Shown: positions 25,735-39,300, counted from the first letter of the stretch. The stretch is DNA of 64,000 nt from Azolla caroliniana (GCA_043228905.1 JBHGNT010000002.1:18786001-18850000); one strand, 5' to 3'. Numbers and translations are program-made. Notes: generated from the sequence alone by a model not told the origin.

Positions 25735-27610
25735 TGGATAACATATTGCTCTCACAACGACACTATGTGTTGAATATGTTGTACAAGTTCAACATGACGG
25801 AATGCCGACCTGTCTCCACGCCCTTGGATCGGAACCAGGGGTTCCATCCTAACTCTAGACCGGCCTGCAATGAGAAACGGTTCCGACAAATTGTCGGAAG
25901 CCTGATATACTTCACAATCACTCGACCCAACATCAGTTATCCGGTCGGAGTCATCAGCTAGTTCATGTAGAAGCCGACCGTCGAGCACCTTCAGTGCGCA
26001 CACCGGATACTCTGGTATGTTAGCGGCACAAAGGATCGGGGATTGTTATACCGACACGGTATAGCTGGGAAGCTAGTCGGATATACCGATGCCGATTGGG
26101 CTGGTGATGCATCGGATCGCCGATCCACCTCCGATTACATGTTCTCTCTAGGTAGCGTGATTGTTGTGTGGAGCAGCAAAAAGCAACCAATAGTGGATTT
26201 GTCGAGCACTGAGGCTGAGTACTGGGGCACTACCAATGCCACCTATGAAGCCATCTTCGACGACTGCTACAAGACCTGTGGATTGAGGTACCGACCCTGA
26301 TCTTGATCTACTGAGACAACATGAGCAGTATTCAACTCGCCAAGAACCCCATGATCCATGCTCAAACGAAGCACATAGAAGTCTACTATCACTTTGTGCG
26401 TGAGCGGGTTTTGAGCGGTGAAGTTGAACTTCAGTATGTTCAGACGGATCGGCAAGTTGCCGATATCTTCACCAAACCACTCGGATTGGACAAGTTGCAG
26501 CACTTCACCGAAATGCTTAGTGTTCAACATCTCGACATGCCGCACTTGAGGGGGGAGAAAAGGAAAGGGAACAGATGGCATCGGACAAGGAGCCGGAGAG
26601 GAAGAAAGAACCAACAAAGGGGGAGACAAAGGGAAAAAGGAAACTAAGTCGACGAAGGAAGTCAGCACATCCGAACAAGTCGGAACAAGCGGCGGCGGCG
26701 ACAGAGTCAAGAAGGAAAGAGTTGAACGGAAGGAGAAGGCCAAGACTTGGACATGGTTTGATATGGTGAAGGGCCTGAAACTGAAAGACAAGTTGGAGAA
26801 CACCAATTCGAACAAGAGCCGGAACGAATCAAGAGCGACCAATTCGGACAAGAGTTGGAATGAATCGAAGGAAACCGATTCGGTTCAAGATTCGGAGAAG
26901 CCGAATCAACTAAAGGCCAAACGGACACGGACGCAGCGGAAGTCGACGCCAACACGAAGGAACCAATGGGTCCACAAGCACCGGAGTCGTAGCTACGAGG
27001 GAGCTGAAATGGGCCTGTTGAGCAGACAAGCCGACCAAGGATGTCGAGGTGCGTAGAACCAGAAGGGTCGTGGCAAACAGGACCAGACCGAACGAGGAGC
27101 GCAAGCTAGGTGGAGCAACGCCAAAAGGAGCTGCGTAGAAGAACCGACTGCCATGGACACTAACACCACGATCCGACCTCAAGTTGAGCTTGAGGGGGAG
27201 TGTTGAGCGGCAAGCTCAACCGGATCCGGATCGGCTGAATAAGCCTGAGACAGATCTGTGAGCCGGTGAGCGAGACGGATCAGAGTGGTAATCGAAAGCC
27301 TAGTAGTAGCCTAGACTATTAGGTAATCATTGTCTCATAGTTAGTGTTAGTCGCACGTAGGAATATTGAAGTACCTGTCAGTCCTTTATGGACTTGTATA
27401 AATAAAGTTGTTTAGCACGTTGTATGTACACAGAGTTTTTAGAGTAATATTTTGAATTGAGTTTATGTTCTGCTCTTTCTTTCTCTCTCTCTCTCTCTCT
27501 CTCTCTTTCGCGTATACTCTCTGTGTATTAAGCTTCTCCATTAAACCTTCATCTTATTCTCTATTGCTATCCAGTTGAGCTAGTTCTATCTCCGCACGTT
27601 TCCATTCACA
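25735..27610 (+). mobile_element. Ty1/copia element F (A family), 3' fragment with 3' LTR 27201-27610, inserted in the gag of E
   Basis: RT end and RH are homologous to A 4815-6240. PPT GAGGGGGAG at 27192-27200. LTR runs TGTTGAGCGGCAAGCTC...TTCACA and abuts D-family gag sequence. Confidence 0.88.
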
Positions 27611-28110
27611 AGGACCTTCAGCCCCTTGTCCGGCGTTTCCACCCAATCTTCGAATCCCCTCCACGTTGCCTTGGAAGAGTCCTCGATAGCGAACATGGTC
27701 TTCAACGCTTCTTCAAACGCTTCCCACGTCGGATTTTGTTGTTGTATCCCATGGATACACCCTTGAATCCCATCCGTAGCCACTCGATTGAAGGATGTCA
27801 CTTGCAATCCTTTCGATATTCCGCACCGTAGCATCTCTGCCTTGTAGTCCCACAAATAACGTGACACATCCTTCCCGTTGAATTGCCCGTTCTGTTGCAC
27901 GAGCCGCTCTGCCGCCACCGCAATCTCCGACATCGGGCGTTGTTCTTGTAGCATCTGCTCAAACATTGTCATCATATTGTTAGCCTCTTGTCGATTTTCC
28001 ATTTCCTTGCCACCCGCTTTCACGTCAGGTTCACCAAATGTGTCATGCCTTTCGACGCCAGATCGTTGTGTGAGTCAGGTGGGAACCATTGTGGTTTTGG
28101 ACTAGGAGGT
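27611..28110 (-). mobile_element. D-family gypsy 5' fragment (LTR tip, Trp PBS, gag start); probably the 5' part of element E
   Basis: PBS TGGTGAACCTGACGTGA at about 28021-28037 on minus. About 70 bp matches the D LTR end. ORF MENRQEANNMMTMFEQML... is homologous to D gag. Confidence 0.88.
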
Positions 28111-30110
28111 TGGATCATTCAACCTTTGGGTTTTGGAGAAAGGATGTCTCGCATCCCGTTGTTGGTGGGATTAGGTGCAGTGTCACACAATATGTTAAAT
28201 GGTGGAGTAACTAAGGCAATACCATTGGCAATATCACTTAAACAAGGATGCCCATTGAGTCCATTATTATTTGCAATTGCTACACACCCGATTTTGGTGA
28301 AGATGCATGAGTTAGCAACATGTGGGGAAATAGTTGAACTAGCTCTACCATCAGGGAAACAATTGATAGCTTAGGCATTGGCCGATGATTCGTTCTTATC
28401 TCTTAAAGTGGTACCTGATAATATAGCAAAAGCCATGGAGGTGTGGAATGTGTTTGCATTGGCGTTAGGATTACATATAAATATGCGAAAGTCGATGCTC
28501 ATTAGATGCACTAAGAGTGATTTGGTTGATCTTGGATGGTGTGGCCAAATATTGGATCAAGGCAATGTGTATTGGCACTTAGGTTACCCTATTGGTGTTG
28601 ATATCTCAACGTCTTAAAGTTTGAATTGGATATTGGGGACCATTTTAGACAAATTTATGTATTGGAAGTCTCAAGCATGGTCGTTTAGTACTCGTCTCAA
28701 AGTGGTACAAGCTATAAAGATTCCAATGATTTCTTATTTTTTGTCATTATTACCTTGGACAAAGAAATCACTTGATCAATTAGCTCGTTCACTTAAATAT
28801 ACATTGTGGAAGAAAGAATCAAAACTGGGTATGAGTTGGGTATCATGGAACAATATTTGTACTCCAAAACGGTTAGGGGGAGTTACATTACTAAATTTGG
28901 AGGATCATATGGCAGCTCAAAGATTCAATCTGTTGAAAGGTATGTGCATAGGTACCCAACCTTGGGTAGAAATAATTCGTTATTTTGTGGAAAAGGTTGG
29001 TATATACCATGGGAAAACTAGAATTACAACATTGTGGTGGCATGTTGTTAATAGTACCCATGCATTTAAATGTTCAGAATATATTATGGTCCAACAATTA
29101 GTGCTTTCTTGACAACGATGCTTGAAATTATTTCATTGGAGCCCCCTTGAGTGTAGAAAAATATTAATTCCTTGGCAATTGATGTGTTGGCATCTTCAAG
29201 AATAATACATTGGGATGGAAAAGAAGGCCTAAATACACAGTTTAATCGAATGGCCATGCTGGGCTTGGTAACGGTGGAAGATGGTATATTAGAGTCATGT
29301 AGGAAAATGATGGCCTTTTGAACAGCTAGAAATAAGTTTCATATACCACGTGGATATGGGTATATTTGGTAATCAATATTGGCATTGTCTAGATTAGTTT
29401 TCCCGCTTCCAAAGTTGGCGGTTGAGAACCCATGGAAAGATTGGTCATTTGGTATTGGACAATCAATTTTTGTGGTGAACACTAATGATGTATACCATAA
29501 GTTGGTTGACGATAGAGCTTGTTAGCAACTAAGGTTTTAGACACATGGTACATTACTCGACATGTAAAGTGGTGGCGTAGAGTTTTGGATGCAGGATGAC
29601 AGTCTCATCTTCCATTCCGTGCTAAGGTGTTTCTTTGGCGTGTGATTGTTGGTGGGTTGCCTTTGGCGATGGCCTTAAAACGTAGAAATATTTCAAATGG
29701 GACATGTTTTTTTCGCACGGTGGTTGAGGAAGATGCCAGACATAGGTTCATTACATGTCTGGTTGCGAAAGCCATTTAGGTTGTTATATCACAAATTTGG
29801 GCATCGATAACAGGCAATATTCTGTCACCTTTTAACTGGGTTTTTATTAACGACGATAAAGGCGTGCATGCTAGCACCATCGTATAAGGTCGTGTTTGAC
29901 TACCATAGGTATTGGGGGATGTGGTTTAATTGGACCATGAGAAATGGGTTATTGTCTAATGGCCTTCATGGGGTAACACAACAACTCCGTATGGGGTAAC
30001 ACAACAACTCCGTAGGATGGAAATGAAGTTAACGTGGCAATTTTTGCAACTATGTTGTTTGGGGATGTTGTCCCAAGAGGAGTTAGAAGTATAGTTTTGC
30101 AACGCTTGAG
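28110..30110 (+). mobile_element. Degenerate L1-type LINE ORF2 3' part (RT C-terminus and zf-RVT)
   Basis: LKQGCPLSPLLF, ADDS, HLGYPIG, SWNNICTPKRLGG and KVFLWRVIVGGLP...C..EEDARHRFITC motifs, with many stops. Confidence 0.85.
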
Positions 30111-30314
30111 AGGGTTTCCCTTGCATTATCAGTATTCATGATCTAGTGAAGATAGCAAGGGTTGTATTGTCATCTTGTTTTAATAATAAACATTGATTTA
30201 CGGAAAAGAAAAAGAAAAAGGAAAAAAGAGGGCGAAGGGTTAAAAAGAAAGACATATATGAATTGAGGGAGAAAGAAAGCTTCTTCTGAAGAAAGGCAGA
30301 CAGACATAGCACAG

Positions 30315-31283
30315 ATGTCTCCTCTTCCTTCTTCTCCTCCATCTCCCCTGTCTTCTTCTCGTCTGCCTGCTTCTTCGGTCGAGTATTCTAAGGTCCGATC
30401 CACTGATATAGAAGATGGAAGCTTTGAGGTCGAGAATCCACAACAGAAGCATTATGTTAATTCCTCCTCCTCTTGCTTTAATGGTCGCTGTACTGGTTCT
30501 ATGGTCGCTTGTGTGGCAGGAACCATCGCAGGTACTTGTGTGCTCCTCCTCTTTGCAATCCATGTGTTAACAAACTCCACAACCTCTGTGCAAAACGCTA
30601 GCACTAACCCTAACCCTAACCCTAACCCTCAACTCAGCCCCAATCCATCTCCTATAGAAGCATCGCCGCCGCCGTCGCCGTACTCCTCTGTCCCACTTTC
30701 ACCACCGCCTTCGTCGTCAGCGAATGTTGTTCTTTCGTTAACAGCTCTATGTAACACCACCCAAGACTCGGCTTTCTGCATTAAAACCCTAGATTCTTAC
30801 CCTAGATCCAACGCTGAGACGGTGTCCCTGCCAGATCTGTCGGCCTATGTTGTGACAGAGGCAATGGACGTCGTGAATAGAACCTATGTGTTAGCCAATG
30901 ATCTTTTCCAGGCGAGGAATGGGTCAAGCGGGGAGATTGCGGTTCTTCAAGATTGCGTGGAGGTTTTGGATGCAGCCATGGATGGTCTCAAGGATTCTAG
31001 AGATATTCTAACACATCTGGATGTGACATCGAGGGCCCAAGTGATGAATGTCCGCGTGTGGCTGAGTGCCGCATATACCGATCAAGACACATGTTGGGAC
31101 GAGTTCGGAGATGTGGGCGGTGGCCAGGTGGCCGATCGGATGAACGAAGAAGGCAGTGGCATTGCCCCATTGCTTAGCTTGGCACTCTCTTTTGGGCTCA
31201 CGGTGCAACATCTCTCGCCTTCTATGGTCTACATCCCCTTGCCACCCCCCGACACCTCGCTGGCAGAGCCCCCCTCCCCATAA
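30315..31283 (+). CDS. Plant invertase/pectin methylesterase inhibitor (PMEI) domain protein with an N-terminal TM helix and Pro/Ser-rich stalk, 322 aa, intronless
   Basis: Four conserved Cys in LCNTTQDSAFCIKTL, LQDCVEVL and VRVWLSAAYTDQDTCWDEF. Hydrophobic segment MVACVAGTIAGTCVLLLFAIHVL. Confidence 0.88.
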   Translation: MSPLPSSPPSPLSSSRLPASSVEYSKVRSTDIEDGSFEVENPQQKHYVNSSSSCFNGRCTGSMVACVAGTIAGTCVLLLFAIHVLTNSTTSVQNASTNPNPNPNPQLSPNPSPIEASPPPSPYSSVPLSPPPSSSANVVLSLTALCNTTQDSAFCIKTLDSYPRSNAETVSLPDLSAYVVTEAMDVVNRTYVLANDLFQARNGSSGEIAVLQDCVEVLDAAMDGLKDSRDILTHLDVTSRAQVMNVRVWLSAAYTDQDTCWDEFGDVGGGQVADRMNEEGSGIAPLLSLALSFGLTVQHLSPSMVYIPLPPPDTSLAEPPSP

Positions 31284-32399
31284 TTTGTTTATTTGTTTCA
31301 TGTTCTTTGATTGTCATTAATCCCCACCAATGCCCCTTTGTGATCCTAAAAGCTAAGTCCCATGTGGTATCTTGAATTTGAACCAGGTGCTTAGATTGGA
31401 AATCCACCTAACAAAGGAAACAAGAATATACGTGTATTTCTCAGTTTTGGAGCTCCATTATTAAGTTTGTTGTGATGCAAATTGGCCCCTCTTATGTATG
31501 TATCGTCTCCTTCTTTCTTGGATGAAAGGCAACAGAAGGCACCGCATAAATGCTCCCCCCGGGGGCTCTTTCTTGTCACATTCACATAAAAATTGTTCAT
31601 ATATGCTTACCATTTGTAACATCAACAGAAATATCAATAAACATGTACTGGATTGTGTTATATGCTGGATACAAGTTGATTTTATAGAAAAGCTTGTTTG
31701 ATCAAATTCGTTAGCAAAATATTGTTACGCTTATTCACCATGATTTTTAAGACATGATGTGTAAGCAAGTCGTTTGGATCTAATGTTAGGGAATGGGCGG
31801 GCGTGGACAAGATAGTACTAACAGTTTCATGACCATGGTTGTCATTACCCGACTTTTTACGAGGCTGCCTTAGGTTTTCTCCCAAGGATGTGTGATTAGT
31901 GCCATTATCGTGTTTGTCATTAGGTGACTTATTTATAATGTCACTTGAGGTGTTTCACAAGGAAGCATTTTGTCGCCTCCTCCATGCTTGGGGTTGTCTT
32001 TAATTGCTTCTTTGACATTGGAGCCTATGGTACACGATTGGTTAACACAACACAGAATACATGTGTATGTTGGGTCTTTTCCTTGGCATGGAAATACACA
32101 ATCAATTAGCAGATGAAAATGAATATTGTAGAGATTCGGAATTCTTCAATTTTGTAAAGGTTAGGAATTCTTTACTTTGGAAATGAACCTAGAAAACAAA
32201 TATGGTAAACCATAACAAAAATTTGGACATTTTTCTAACCAATAAAATGTGCACAAGGCTTTTACCATGATAATCTAATTAAATGTGACGTACCTTTGAA
32301 AAGAGTTCACAACTCTTAACTTTAAAAGAAGTATCAACGAAATAATAGATCTATCCCAAAATTAATAGTAAAGTTCAAGAATGTGCTCACATCTAGTAT

Positions 32400-32960
32400 A
32401 TCGTTGCATAGAGCTATAAATGGAATTCTCAAGCAATATATGTATTGTCTTCATCAATTTAATGGACTTTCGCCTCAAGAAAACGACAATATTGAGAATG
32501 AGTTTGCTGATGTGGGTTACAAGTTTGGTCAAGAGTAAAACTACAACATTGTAGCTGGTCAAGTTATTTGAGTTGTTTGGTCTTCCAATATGATAGCTTC
32601 AACAACTCTCTTTCTCTACACTTCTTCTTAGTTGCTTGGCCCATAGTAGGCCCTAAGATCAAGCCAAGAGGCATAGTCAATGGACAATGTTCTTATGAAC
32701 AATGTGAAATGCCATCAACTTTATTTTACAAGAAATTGTTGGATCATAGACCATAGCAAGACCTAATTGGCCAAGGAACTCCTTATGATCCCATCAAACG
32801 AATAAAAAATATGCTCTTCATTGAACAAATTTTATGACATCATTCTATGGGAGTTTGTGATGATACACCACATGCACCATTCGACCATTTTGTGGTGTAG
32901 CTATGTGTGATATCAAACTTTCCAATGAACAAATCTAAAATCCTTCTCCACAATCAGACC
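32400..32960 (-). mobile_element. Highly decayed copia integrase relic
   Basis: Traces resembling TP-QNG and YNP...KL...VVFLE on the minus strand; no intact ORF. Confidence 0.3.
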
Positions 32961-33075
32961 TGATAATGTACATGGTTGTACTGTCTATTAAACAATCAAA
33001 GCATTCTATCAATTAAGGTACTTGACGAAGAGATGAAAAAGACGGGAATGGAGCAAGTTAATCAGTTGATTGTTT

Positions 33076-33182
33076 TGGTAGGTTTCAAGTAAATCGGCCA
33101 CGAGGGTGCACCACAATTGTCTCTCTTGTTTGGGTAGGTTTGAAGTAAATCGGCCATGAGGGTGCACCACAATTGTCTCTCT
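33076..33182. repeat. Tandem duplication of about 55 bp upstream of the PHS1-like gene
   Basis: GGTAGGTTT(C/G)AAGTAAATCGGCCA(C/T)GAGGGTGCACCACAATTGTCTCTCT occurs twice. Confidence 0.85.
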
Positions 33183-33388
33183 GCATCTGCATCTTCGCAC
33201 GACTCTACATATTTTTGGTAACGAAATCGTTGGTTTATTTCAGAACAGAGCACTACGGTGTGTGTGTGTCCCCCCGGGCCCCCATGGGGCTGGTACCTAC
33301 ACTTTTGAGTAAGGTAGGTATGTCCATATTGTTATGAATGAGACCAACCACAAAAGGAAAACCTTCAGAATCGAACAGAACAGAGAGA

Positions 33389-36300
33389 ATGAGTGCTAAC
33401 GAGAGTACTGTCGATTCGATCGACCCAGTAATGCAACAGGAAAGCGAGGCGATGGACGATGAGCTGCTGCGCGCCTTGGAAGAAGCATCGGACGAGGCAG
33501 GAGTCAATATTTCCTCTGCACTCTTTCCATCCGTAAGCTCCCGACCCTTTATCATCAGAGAGCGAGAGAGAGAGAGAGAGGGAGAGATCCCAATATTTTC
33601 AACTTGAGAGAGGCCATGCATGCCTATGATCGAACCAATCAGATATACAAAATATGTGACTCTATTAATGTATGTTGGAGAGGTTCTTCTGTCTCGATCA
33701 TATTCATATCACACTTCTGTCTCCATCATATTCATATCACACTTCTGTCTCCATCATATTCATGTTGCATAGCTGTCGTAATAGTTTGATATTATCGACA
33801 TGTGTCCATGTTCTTATCTCAATGTATAGTTTGTGATCCTGTTTTACGAATGAATAAGAGATATGGCCCTTCTACCTGCATTTGCCCATTTCACATAAGT
33901 CTGGAACTCGGCTGGTATGTATTTATCAAAGTATCCTTGATTTAAGTGTGCACAATAGTACTTAATCTTACATATTTTCTCTGAACACATCCAATTGGTA
34001 TGGAAATTTGTCAACGCACTAGTTTATCTACAACATATTTCAGTTTTCCCGGTAGTAAATCCAATGCATAGGAAATGTGCCAAATTTTTTTCCAATCTCT
34101 AAGATAGAGCCCACAATTGTATAGATGGATGAATATTCATTTTCCTTGGAGGTCAAATTGATCCATTGGGACCGAAAGAGAATATAAAAAGTTTGTGATG
34201 CACAACAAGTTTCCAAAGCATTTTCCTGGTATCATAATTCAAGTAGGTTTGTGAAATCGGAACTCTCGAGTGATTGCTAGGCTTGCGTGAGAATTTACCA
34301 TTTTCCCTCTTTTCGGTTGATGTCTTCTTGAGTTCTTTACAAATTTAGGGTTTAGTGAGGATGAGGGAGAATGCACATCAATGTGATGGCGCATCTCACT
34401 CTCTTGGACGTGAGTGTCTGGATGTGGGCTTGGGCATTGGATATCACTAAATAAATTTCCTTATCAAGTAGTGATATTTGTCATTTCCTTGGAAGGCCAG
34501 AAACATGATCTATGGGACCCAAAAAAGAATTGCAAGACAGTCTCCTCTGCCGTGCCAAGGTGTGACACATGGCTCGTGTATATTTTATGATTACTCCTAT
34601 ACATAAGTAGAGAATATACATCTGCGTAAGATGCATGACTTAGTGGGTCCAACTTGGAGAAGATATGTGAGGATGGTGCCTGCAACACTTGATTGTGGGA
34701 CATGTTGTCAGACTGATGTGAATACATCACATTATAGTGTGATAACCTCCGTATTGTCAAACTCATAATTTGGGAAGAGTGTGGAGATAGTTCTCTCCAA
34801 GCTCCATTCTTTATTTCAAGACCATGAGGAGCATGGAGGAGAGTGGTTTCCCTCTCACAATAAATGGCATGGGGGTGAGAAGATGTGAATGGGTGGATCT
34901 TGTGGTTTCCCAGTAGAAGCTCAACATGTTGGGTTTATAGTAGGATTGTAATTTCCCAACGTTTGCGCTTATGTGTCAACATCTTGGCATCCTCACTCCA
35001 TTTGAATAAGGCATGATTCAATGACTGTTGTGAGTATATCATTGGTGTGTAGCTTTAGTGTTGCCACACTCAATCTCTTCAACCATGTGTCCCATGTGCC
35101 CAACTAGAAGAGGGACCTTTTATTTTATTTTATTGTATGTGCTTTCCTGCTAGCATCCCAAACTTGGATTGGTAGGCTATGTAGATATTCTATATCATCT
35201 GGATATTTGTGGGCACTCATTAGACTTACTAATTGTTGGAGTCTCACCCCTGTTTTGAGAGCATCACTGGGTATGGCATTGTCTTCTTGGTTCTAATGTG
35301 GCATCATAGAATCATCTTTTTTACCTTCTCGATCTTCCATCAGGAAGGGGATATAGGAAGCTCCACTCCATATAGCAGCAGTTGGATTACTGATGAATTG
35401 AAACATGTAATCTTTGTTTGCCCTCTCTTAAGGTTATCAAGATTGCATTTGCATCCAAAGATGTGGTAACTCGCCTAATCAGCTTTCAGGCAATGTTTTG
35501 TGCATGTGCCCCAATCATTATAGGCAGGACCACCATTGCCTGAGTATTTGAAAGAGATCATAGATTTGATAGAATCATCCTTATAAGTTAGGCATGGTTA
35601 AAATCCTGAACAATGCAAAAGAAGCATTGCAGACTGTTGACAACCTGTGAGAAGAGCACCATGCTAGTGCATACTGAAATCACATAATCAAATACATGCC
35701 TAAGGTTGGTCACAAAGGTTTCTATCTTTGTGCCACTTTTATCTGTCATGGGTTCAGTGATCAAAAGAGGTCATCATCCAACCAGATGGCTAAAGTATCT
35801 GTAGGAGGCTATCACTTAACACACACTTATTATTGATACGTGAAGGATGTTACTCACACACTCGGTATCAAAATACCATTGGCTGGATAATACACATTTC
35901 CACTGGATGGCCAATAGCTGCTTGCCTAATAGATCTTGGAAGTGCTCTAGCATTGACAAAGTAGAGAGAGAGATTTTATTATCGTCTTCGGAGGTCAAAA
36001 TGACCTACGAGACCAAAAATATTACATTTCATGTGATCATGTGAAAGTGAGTAGCAACTCTTGATGTTCAAGAACATTACCAATGGATGTTGCAATCGAG
36101 AGTGGACATTGTGGTTGTGAGAGAAATTCGTGCAAGGATTGGGCTTGGTCAAAGTTGTGTGGAAAGCATTGTCGAATATGATCATAGGCAAAGCATTGTA
36201 TTAAAGTGTGATACTCAGACTCTTGAACTTGTTTAGGGCAAAGTGTGCACAGTCGACCACTCTCATCACTTGTGCCCCAACACCCTGTCTCACATCACAA

Positions 36301-39300
36301 TGCATGTGAGCTATGTGGCATGGAAGCAATGGTTCGAATGGCAAACAACGGGATGGGTTCTAACATGTATCAATGTGTATAGTTTCCTAGTTCTACGAAG
36401 AATATGGTTTTGTAGTTAGGTGCAACATGTGAAGCATGTCATGATACATTGGCGTTGCAAAAAGGGCTTATTTACAGAGGAGTGATGCATCATGAGAGAG
36501 AGAGAGAGAAAGAAAGATATATTAACGTCTCTTAAGAGGCCAAAATGGCCTATGAGACCAAACAAGAGATTGCATCTTAAGTGTTGTCTCGTCTTTGGGA
36601 ACAACAACAACAAAAAAAAGGGTAAGTAATGCTCCGTAAAAATAAAAGCATATAAGATTAAAAGAGATGAGGGAATCTGGTTTTCGGCGAATGTCAGATT
36701 CTCAAGTTAGATATATTGTATCTTTTGTCTTCGAAAGATCTCTAGCAAAGGTCGGTCCAGAGAGAGAGAGAGAGAGAGAGATCACCCTTGCTTTACCCTA
36801 GAATTTGCACACAAAGCTGTTTCGTATTGAAAGTTTTTTTTGAAATCCACAAAACAACAATAAATAATCTCTCTAGAGTTGAGCCTCTTCCATTGTAATT
36901 GTGAGGGAAACGACATGGTCTTTTGTGGAGTGTTTTATTCACATGCTATTGAATTTTTTGAGGACCTTTTCAAAGAAATTATATGGAAAAAGCATGGTAC
37001 CATCCCTGTATAATTCATGATCACTAGAAATATGATCAACTTTTATACAGGTTTCCATATTGTTATGGAAACTTAGACAATTTCTATATTCTAATGTAAT
37101 CTCTGTTTTTATTCCACACAAAGATGGTAATATCCACCAATCCGACAGTTGTTCGTATCAGGTTGTGATATTTTTACTCTCATATTCGAAGAAACTTCTT
37201 GCTAACAACTTTATAAATGCATCATTCATACCATTTCAGCTATATTGTTAGCAGTCTAGAATCTTAAGCGTAGACTAATCTAAGATTATATGACAGGCAC
37301 TGCATTGGTCAGGGATTTCAGATGCTCTCCTTTCAATCAAGCTAAAAACGTGGCTGGTTTCAATCAGGCGCCGCTATATGAAAACATCAAATCTTGATTC
37401 AGTGCATGTTCAAAACAGCACTGCAAATGAATCTAAATCTGATGTAGCTTCTATAAGGTCATAACCCCTAGATTGAATCTGATTTTCACTGAAAAACGTG
37501 CCATTTTTAGTGAAAAAATATGTTTTTATAAGTTTGTTTTCTACTTCTTCAGCATGAGCGACGATCGTAGCACAAAGTGCCAGGAATTTCATACATTGAG
37601 CCTTAAGGAGAGACTAAGAAATGCTGTGAAGATTGATATAAACTCAACCGAGTTTACCTAGGAAAATCTTATATCCTTGTACCATAGTGAACATGCAACA
37701 AGCAACAAGACTTTAGAAGATGATATGAAATCGATGGAGGCAAGATTTTGTAATCCTTAATTTAATGGATTGATCTCATGGAAGTTGTCCCAGCCATGAC
37801 TTGCATTGTTGAAATTTGGATGTGAACGCCCACACAACTTGCATTATTTACATATACTATTGCCTTAACATTTGGCACATCCTAGATCATAGTGTTCTTG
37901 TTCAACAACACTTGTTTCCATATTCGATGCAGGATGAGCTATGAAAAGACATAGATGCTTACTAGTTTGTGCTAAGTTCTACTCTTTACACATAATGGTC
38001 AGTAAACAGCATTATGTGATACCTGGTTTTTATAGCCAGGTCAATGTTAACTCTGGTGGAGTAGTCTATTTTGCAATATTCAGACACAATGTCATCCATG
38101 ATACAAGAGAGACAGAGGCCACAGCAGTTTTGAAGTTCACTCCATCGAGTCTCGTCACACAATCAGAGCGATTTGGCAATGAGCTAGCAAAACATTTGGG
38201 AGTTCTTTGCCCACAGGTATAGATTTCTTCAATGAACTACTATGACTTCCTTGTATTAATTGGAGTAGGATCTCTTCCACTGACAGACGGCAGTAAGTCT
38301 TTAGACATATACATATGGTCCAAATTCAATTTATTGAAAAGTATGAGATCTTTGCATTATGCAAAGTTTGGTTTTTCATATGCATTCCATGTAATGTGCT
38401 TCTATTTTATGAAGGATCTAGTTCATCTATAAACATGTACAAGGGCGATTATATAATGCGTTTATTCTAACATACAAGTTTGGTTTTGATCAGTCTAGGG
38501 TGATTCACAAAGGTAGTAAAGAGTGGGAGCAGATCCAGAAAGCAGTCGAGAGATGTCTGGATATGGCAAAATCCAATGGAGATAATAACCAGGAAACATG
38601 TATGGAATTACTTGAAACATTACGTCTGAGCCAATGCACACTACTAATGGGGTATGTATACTTGTCTCATGGTGTTAAGCATATAAACAAATGATCAACT
38701 CTTTGTGGGAATAACAGGTATGTAAAAGGATCACCCCTTATTGATTGTCAGCATGCTTTCAGTACACAAGTTGCAGCTGAAAACACAGCCGCAGCACTAG
38801 GTAGAGTATTCCTCCTTGATTTAGTTCTTCGGAATGAAGACCGCCTTTCATGCTCAGTGCTTGGATGGCGTGGAAACCCTGATAATCTATTATTCACAGA
38901 AGAATCACCACTTCGGCATAAACATTTTGGGTGGTCTCCGAATGAGCTTACGCATGTGTCAAATGATAAAAGAGAAAGCATTAAGCTAGGCGACAGAAAA
39001 TTCCCATCTGTAGATAGTCTAGATGGTATGCAATGGCAGCCAAGTTTGCTCATGGGTCCAGTGAAGGATGTGCAAACATCAGAAAATGAGAGAGCTTTCC
39101 TTGTTACAATTGATTCAGGAGTTCCGCGCCGACCTCCAGCAGGAAAACGTGCAAATGACAGAATATGCTATCCAAAAGTTATTGAGTTGATTCTTAATGA
39201 CACGGATTATGCTGCAAGAATACTTCATGACATCTCTGGTGGAAATATTGGCCTTGAAGGTATAGCACCCTTTACTATCAGTCAGATGGAGGTTGTCAAG

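Noticed and set aside
30605-30629. (CCCTAA)4, resembling a vertebrate-type telomere repeat
   Set aside because: Only four units, in frame within the PMEI gene where they encode NPNPNPNP; a coding microsatellite.
35960-36580. Short related segments (GGTCAAAATGACCTACGAGACCAAA-like) at about 35995 and 36540, and inverted near 40960
   Set aside because: Probably decayed dispersed repeats; boundaries, TIRs and TSDs could not be defined.
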